Below, piece after piece: positions 24,893 through 32,000 of a stretch of 32,000 bases of DNA. The notes beneath the pieces were generated by a model. It saw only the letters and a program-made list of their open reading frames with translations. It searched no databases and had not been told where the DNA came from. Made by a program: the position numbers and the translations under genes. The DNA comes from Erysipelotrichaceae bacterium OH741_COT-311 (GTDB taxonomy: Bacteria; Bacillota_I; Bacilli_A; Erysipelotrichales; Erysipelotrichaceae). The stretch spans positions 90,001 to 122,000 of the forward strand of contig RQZE01000001.1 of the NCBI GenBank assembly GCA_003858585.1, given 5' to 3'. Position 1 is the stretch's first letter. Each line of letters opens with the position of its first letter.

Positions 24893-27436
24893 CATATCTA
24901 ATGAATAATAACCATCCTTAAGTATCAAATGCATCGTACACGGTTTTTCAAAATCATTACGTATTATCTTATTCGCAATTAATGTTTCAATTTCTTTTTG
25001 GATATAACGTTTGATTGGACGAGCACCAAATTGACTATCATATCCCTCTTCTACAATTTTATGTATTGCCTCTTCACTTACAATCAAATCAATGTCGTGT
25101 TCATATAATTTTTCTTTTAATTGATTTAAAAATTTATCAACAATCTTTACAATAATCGTTTGATTTAATGAATTAAAGACAATAATTTCATCAATACGAT
25201 TAATAAATTCTGGTTTAAAGTGTTGCTTTACCTCTTTCAAATATAATTCTTCTATCATAGATTTATCTTCATTAAAAGCGTGAATACTACCTAGATTACT
25301 TGTCATAATAATTAAGGTATTTTTAAAATCAACCGTAACACCTTTTGAATCTGTAATACGTCCATCATCTAAAATTTGAAGTAAAATATTAAACACATCA
25401 GGATGAGCCTTTTCAATTTCATCTAGCAAAACAATTGAATATGGTTTTCTACGAATTGCTTCTGTTAATTGACCACCTTCTTCATATCCTACATAACCTG
25501 GAGGAGCACCAATTAATCTAGATACAGAATGTTTCTCCATATACTCACTCATATCAATACGCACAATCTTACTTTCATCATCAAATAATTGTTGTGCCAA
25601 TGCCTTGGCAACCTCTGTTTTCCCTACACCTGTTGGACCAAGAAACATAAAGGAACCAATTGGACGATTACTATCTTGAATATTAGCTTTAGAACGCAAA
25701 ATAGCATCTGTTACTAATTTTAATGCCATATCTTGACCTATAACACGTTTCTTTAGTGTTTCAGCTAGATGTAGTAATTTATTACGATCACTTTCCATTA
25801 ACTTACTAATTTCAATATGGGTCCAACGACTTACAATCTTTGCAATCATTTCTTCATCAACAATTTCTTTGATAAGTTTATGATCTTGCTTTTCATTGAG
25901 TATTTGAATCTCTTTCTCTAAATTAGGAATTGTTTCATATTGTAGTTTAGCTGCTTGTTCGTATTGAGCTTCATTTTGTGCAATACTAAAGTCTAATTTT
26001 GCTTTTTCAAGCTTCTCTTTTAATTGATTAATCGTAACATTACTTTCTTTTTCTTGATTCCATTTTGTTGATAAGACTTTAAATTCTTCTTTCAAATTTT
26101 CAAGTTCTTTTACTATATCTTCTAAACGTTGAATTGATTTTTGATCGGTTTCTTTCTTTAAACTAAATTCTTCAATTTCTAACTGCATAATCTTTCGATT
26201 TAATTCATCTAACTCTTTCGGCATAGAGTCCATCTCTACACGAATACTTGCACATGCTTCATCTACTAAATCAATCGCTTTATCCGGTAAAAAACGATCT
26301 GTAATATAACGATTTGATAATTTTGCTGCAGCAATCAACGATTCATCTAAAATATGTACCTTATGATGTAGTTCAAAACGATCTTTAAGTCCCCTTAAAA
26401 TAGAAATCGTATCTTCAACCGTTGGTTCATCTACCATAATTTTTTGAAAACGTCGTTCTAATGCAGCATCTTTTTCAATATGTTGACGATATTCATCAAA
26501 TGTTGTTGCACCAATACATTTTAATTCACCACGAGCCAACATTGGCTTTAATAAATTCGCCGCATCCATAGAACCTTCACTTTTACCGGCACCTACCAAG
26601 TTATGAATTTCATCAATAAATAAAATAATATTACCACTTGCTTTCTTAACTTCATTTAAAACCGCTTTTAAACGTTCTTCATATTCACCACGATACTTAG
26701 CACCAGCAATTAATGATCCCATATCTAATTCAATTAATTTTTTATTCTTTAAACCACTAGGAACATCCTTATTAAAAATACGCCATGCTAGTCCTTCTAC
26801 AATTGCCGTTTTCCCAACACCCGGTTCACCAATTAAAACAGGATTATTTTTTGTTTTACGTGATAAAATTTCAATAATACGACGAATTTCCTCATCTCTA
26901 CCGATTACCGGATCAATTTTACCATCACTGACATCTTTTACTAAATCTCTACCATATTTATTTAATGCATCAATTTGATTTTCACTATTTGGAGTATTCA
27001 TTTTTTCACCACCTTTTTTTTCATGATCTAACTGTTGTAGTTTATGTTTTGATAGATTTAACTTCTGTACGATTTCCTTACAAGTTGGGTGATTACTAAA
27101 TATAATTGCAAGAAACATAGAAATAGAACTTAAATATTGATCTTGATTTTCTTCTTGTATTTTTAAAGCTTCTTGATACACAGAACTTATATCATGATCA
27201 AGTTTTAAATCACTTTGATCTACTGTCGGAAGTGATTTTAAATATCCTTCATTAAGATTTCTAGCTATTTGTATATCTATTTGTAATTCATGAAATAAAG
27301 TAACAATATAATCATCTTCCAATAAAAATTTCAAGATATGTTGACTATTAATCGTTGGATGTTTACATTCTTTTGCATAATTAGCAGCTTTATAAATGAT
27401 TTCTTTAAGACGATCGGTCATTTTTTCTATATTCAT
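24881..27436 (-). CDS. clpB: ATP-dependent chaperone/disaggregase ClpB
   Basis: 851 aa from ATG 27436 (SD AAGGAGG 4 nt upstream; ORF-track start 27463 is a TTG inside the CIRCE element). It has a Clp N-domain, NBD1 Walker [16 protein letters not shown], a long coiled-coil M-domain, and NBD2 [15 protein letters not shown]. Confidence 0.95.
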   Translation of the reverse strand: MNIEKMTDRLKEIIYKAANYAKECKHPTINSQHILKFLLEDDYIVTLFHELQIDIQIARNLNEGYLKSLPTVDQSDLKLDHDISSVYQEALKIQEENQDQYLSSISMFLAIIFSNHPTCKEIVQKLNLSKHKLQQLDHEKKGGEKMNTPNSENQIDALNKYGRDLVKDVSDGKIDPVIGRDEEIRRIIEILSRKTKNNPVLIGEPGVGKTAIVEGLAWRIFNKDVPSGLKNKKLIELDMGSLIAGAKYRGEYEERLKAVLNEVKKASGNIILFIDEIHNLVGAGKSEGSMDAANLLKPMLARGELKCIGATTFDEYRQHIEKDAALERRFQKIMVDEPTVEDTISILRGLKDRFELHHKVHILDESLIAAAKLSNRYITDRFLPDKAIDLVDEACASIRVEMDSMPKELDELNRKIMQLEIEEFSLKKETDQKSIQRLEDIVKELENLKEEFKVLSTKWNQEKESNVTINQLKEKLEKAKLDFSIAQNEAQYEQAAKLQYETIPNLEKEIQILNEKQDHKLIKEIVDEEMIAKIVSRWTHIEISKLMESDRNKLLHLAETLKKRVIGQDMALKLVTDAILRSKANIQDSNRPIGSFMFLGPTGVGKTEVAKALAQQLFDDESKIVRIDMSEYMEKHSVSRLIGAPPGYVGYEEGGQLTEAIRRKPYSIVLLDEIEKAHPDVFNILLQILDDGRITDSKGVTVDFKNTLIIMTSNLGSIHAFNEDKSMIEELYLKEVKQHFKPEFINRIDEIIVFNSLNQTIIVKIVDKFLNQLKEKLYEHDIDLIVSEEAIHKIVEEGYDSQFGARPIKRYIQKEIETLIANKIIRNDFEKPCTMHLILKDGYYSLDMQKK

Positions 27437-27446
27437 AATACCTCCT

Positions 27447-27473
27447 TTAGCACTTCTATGCAACGAGTGCTAA
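27447..27473 (-). promoter_or_regulatory. CIRCE element (HrcA operator) immediately upstream of the clpB SD
   Basis: Minus strand reads TTAGCACTC-GTTGCATAG-AAGTGCTAA, against consensus TTAGCACTC-N9-GAGTGCTAA (17/18). It runs directly into AGGAGGTATTATG. Confidence 0.85.
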
Positions 27474-27486
27474 TGCAATTGCTTTT

Positions 27487-27514
27487 TTAAGTAAGAGATG
27501 ACTCCCTTACTTAA
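27487..27514 (-). other. 13-bp stem-loop straddling the dnaJ stop codon (no U-tract)
   Basis: Minus strand reads TTAAGTAAGGGAG-tcat-CTCTCTTACTTAA (one G-U pair), followed by AAAAAGC. This is not a canonical terminator and may be a processing or stability element. Confidence 0.4.
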
Positions 27515-28628
27515 ATGCTTTTTTAAATTTTTCAAAAACAGATTCACGACCTTCTTTTTTCGTTTCTGCTTTTAATTTCTCATAAAGTTCTTTTTCACTT
27601 TTTGATAACTTAGTTGGTATTTCCACCAATACTTCTACATATTGATCACCCATAGTTGAACTACGTAAATCTTTGATTCCTTTGTTTTTTAAACGGAATT
27701 GTTGATTTGGCTGCGTTCCGGCAGGAATTTGTAGTGTAACTTCACCATGAACCGTTGGAATATCAATGCTTGTACCAAGTGCAGCATCAATAGCGGAAAT
27801 AGGAATCTTGATAAAGATATTTTTCCCATCTCGCATAAAATGCTCATGTCTAGCAACGATAATTTCAATGTATAAGTCTCCATTTGGTCCACCATTGCTT
27901 CCTTTATATCCTTTACCTGATATACGTAATTGTTGACCTGTATCTACGCCTGCTGGAATTTTTACTTCTACATCAATGTGCTTATGAATAGATCCTTCTC
28001 CATGACACTTCTTACATTTACGTGTAATCTTTTTCCCTGTTCCATTACATGTTGAACATACACTTTGACTTTGGAATACTCCAAATGGTGTTCTTTGTTG
28101 CGTAACAACACGACCGGTTCCTTTACATTGGTCACACACTTTAATATCATCTTTAGAATAAGCACCACTTCCATGACACTCATCACAAACTTCATCAATA
28201 TCAAGTTTAATGGTTTTATTTACACCAAAAACCGCTTCGTTAAAACTAACCTTCATCTGCATATAGCGATCTTGTCCTCTTCTTGGTCCATTACTATTTC
28301 TAGTAGCTCCTGAAGAGAAACCCCCACCAAAGAAGGAACCAAAAATATCTGAAAAATCACCAAAGTCAGCTTGATTAAAGCCACCAAAACCTCCAAAATT
28401 AGGATCATTAGCAGCATGACCAAATTGATCATAATTCGCCTTTTTTGTTGGATCACTTAGCACTTCATAAGCTTCATTGATTTCTTTAAATTTTGCTTCA
28501 GCACCAGGTTCTTTATTAACATCAGGATGATATTTTTTTGCCAGTTGTCGATAAGCCTTTTTAATTTCTTGATCACTTGCCGACTTACTTAATCCTAATA
28601 TTTCATAATAATCTCTTTTATCTGCCAT
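27507..28628 (-). CDS. dnaJ: Molecular chaperone DnaJ
   Basis: 373 aa from ATG 28628. J-domain (DYYEILG…HPD), G/F-rich region, and four CxxCxGxG zinc-finger repeats. SD AAGGGTGA lies inside the end of the upstream gene. Confidence 0.95.
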   Translation of the reverse strand: MADKRDYYEILGLSKSASDQEIKKAYRQLAKKYHPDVNKEPGAEAKFKEINEAYEVLSDPTKKANYDQFGHAANDPNFGGFGGFNQADFGDFSDIFGSFFGGGFSSGATRNSNGPRRGQDRYMQMKVSFNEAVFGVNKTIKLDIDEVCDECHGSGAYSKDDIKVCDQCKGTGRVVTQQRTPFGVFQSQSVCSTCNGTGKKITRKCKKCHGEGSIHKHIDVEVKIPAGVDTGQQLRISGKGYKGSNGGPNGDLYIEIIVARHEHFMRDGKNIFIKIPISAIDAALGTSIDIPTVHGEVTLQIPAGTQPNQQFRLKNKGIKDLRSSTMGDQYVEVLVEIPTKLSKSEKELYEKLKAETKKEGRESVFEKFKKAFK

Positions 28629-28632
28629 CAAA

Positions 28633-32000
<3,368 letters not shown>

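Noticed and set aside
27437-27463. N-terminal extension of ClpB (MHRSAKGGI...) as listed in the ORF track.
   Set aside because: The listed start is a TTG inside the CIRCE inverted repeat. A consensus SD AAGGAGG sits 4 nt before ATG 27436, and homologs start near MNIEKMT.
27474-27506. A sigma-A promoter for clpB in the dnaJ-clpB spacer.
   Set aside because: I found only poor hexamer candidates (e.g. TTACTT...TAGCAC) and none with acceptable -10 and spacing. No promoter is called, and the question is left open in the findings.
27689-28456. Three same-strand alternate-frame ORFs inside dnaJ (27689-27895, 27968-28204, 28253-28456), as possible overlapping genes.
   Set aside because: They lack SDs and have repetitive, hydrophobic or odd sequences. 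They arise from the G/F-rich and Cys-repeat codon composition of dnaJ, and nothing supports them as coding.

Overview
AT-rich (about 30% GC by eye) chromosomal core region of a low-GC Gram-positive bacterium (Bacillota; the gene content and a CIRCE in front of clpB suggest an Erysipelotrichia-like lineage, but this is a weak inference). The code is standard 11: TGA ends at least 8 full-length ORFs and forms several ATGA stop/start overlaps. I support 29 protein genes and 1 tRNA, with 24 of the 29 CDS on the minus strand in tightly packed arrays. Left to right: polC (partial) | divergent zinc-ribbon membrane protein + GltD-like Fe-S flavoprotein | galactose block mglBAC, a LacI-family regulator, and galK-galM fused downstream of rnc | asp23-yloV-recG-rnc | small TM protein-murG-murB-divIB | tRNA-Arg(UCU) | rdgB-Lit-like-trmL, then M15 peptidase-yfcE-type phosphoesterase | divergent lipid kinase and Na/Pi cotransporter | heat-shock array grpE(partial)-dnaK-deacetylase-dnaJ-clpB. 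I see no CRISPR array, transposase, integrase, phage genes, long repeats or recognisable defence or toxin-antitoxin module, so this looks like ordinary housekeeping DNA rather than an accessory island. The points most worth a second look are: (1) a NodB-type polysaccharide deacetylase lipoprotein gene wedged between dnaK and dnaJ and translationally coupled to both; (2) a near-perfect CIRCE operator abutting the clpB Shine-Dalgarno (SD), with no terminator between grpE and clpB; (3) a strong internal SD+ATG at the ClpB N-domain/NBD1 linker; (4) a VanY/M15-type peptidase whose SxH zinc-ligand histidine is Asn; (5) a 1-nt frameshift cutting the conserved C-terminus off the Na/Pi cotransporter; (6) galM-galK fused by ATGA overlaps to rnc; (7) an unannotated-type 73-aa two-TM protein leading the murG operon. 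The ORF track renders alternative start codons (TTG) as M and omits ORFs with no stop in the window, so I corrected several starts and added polC.
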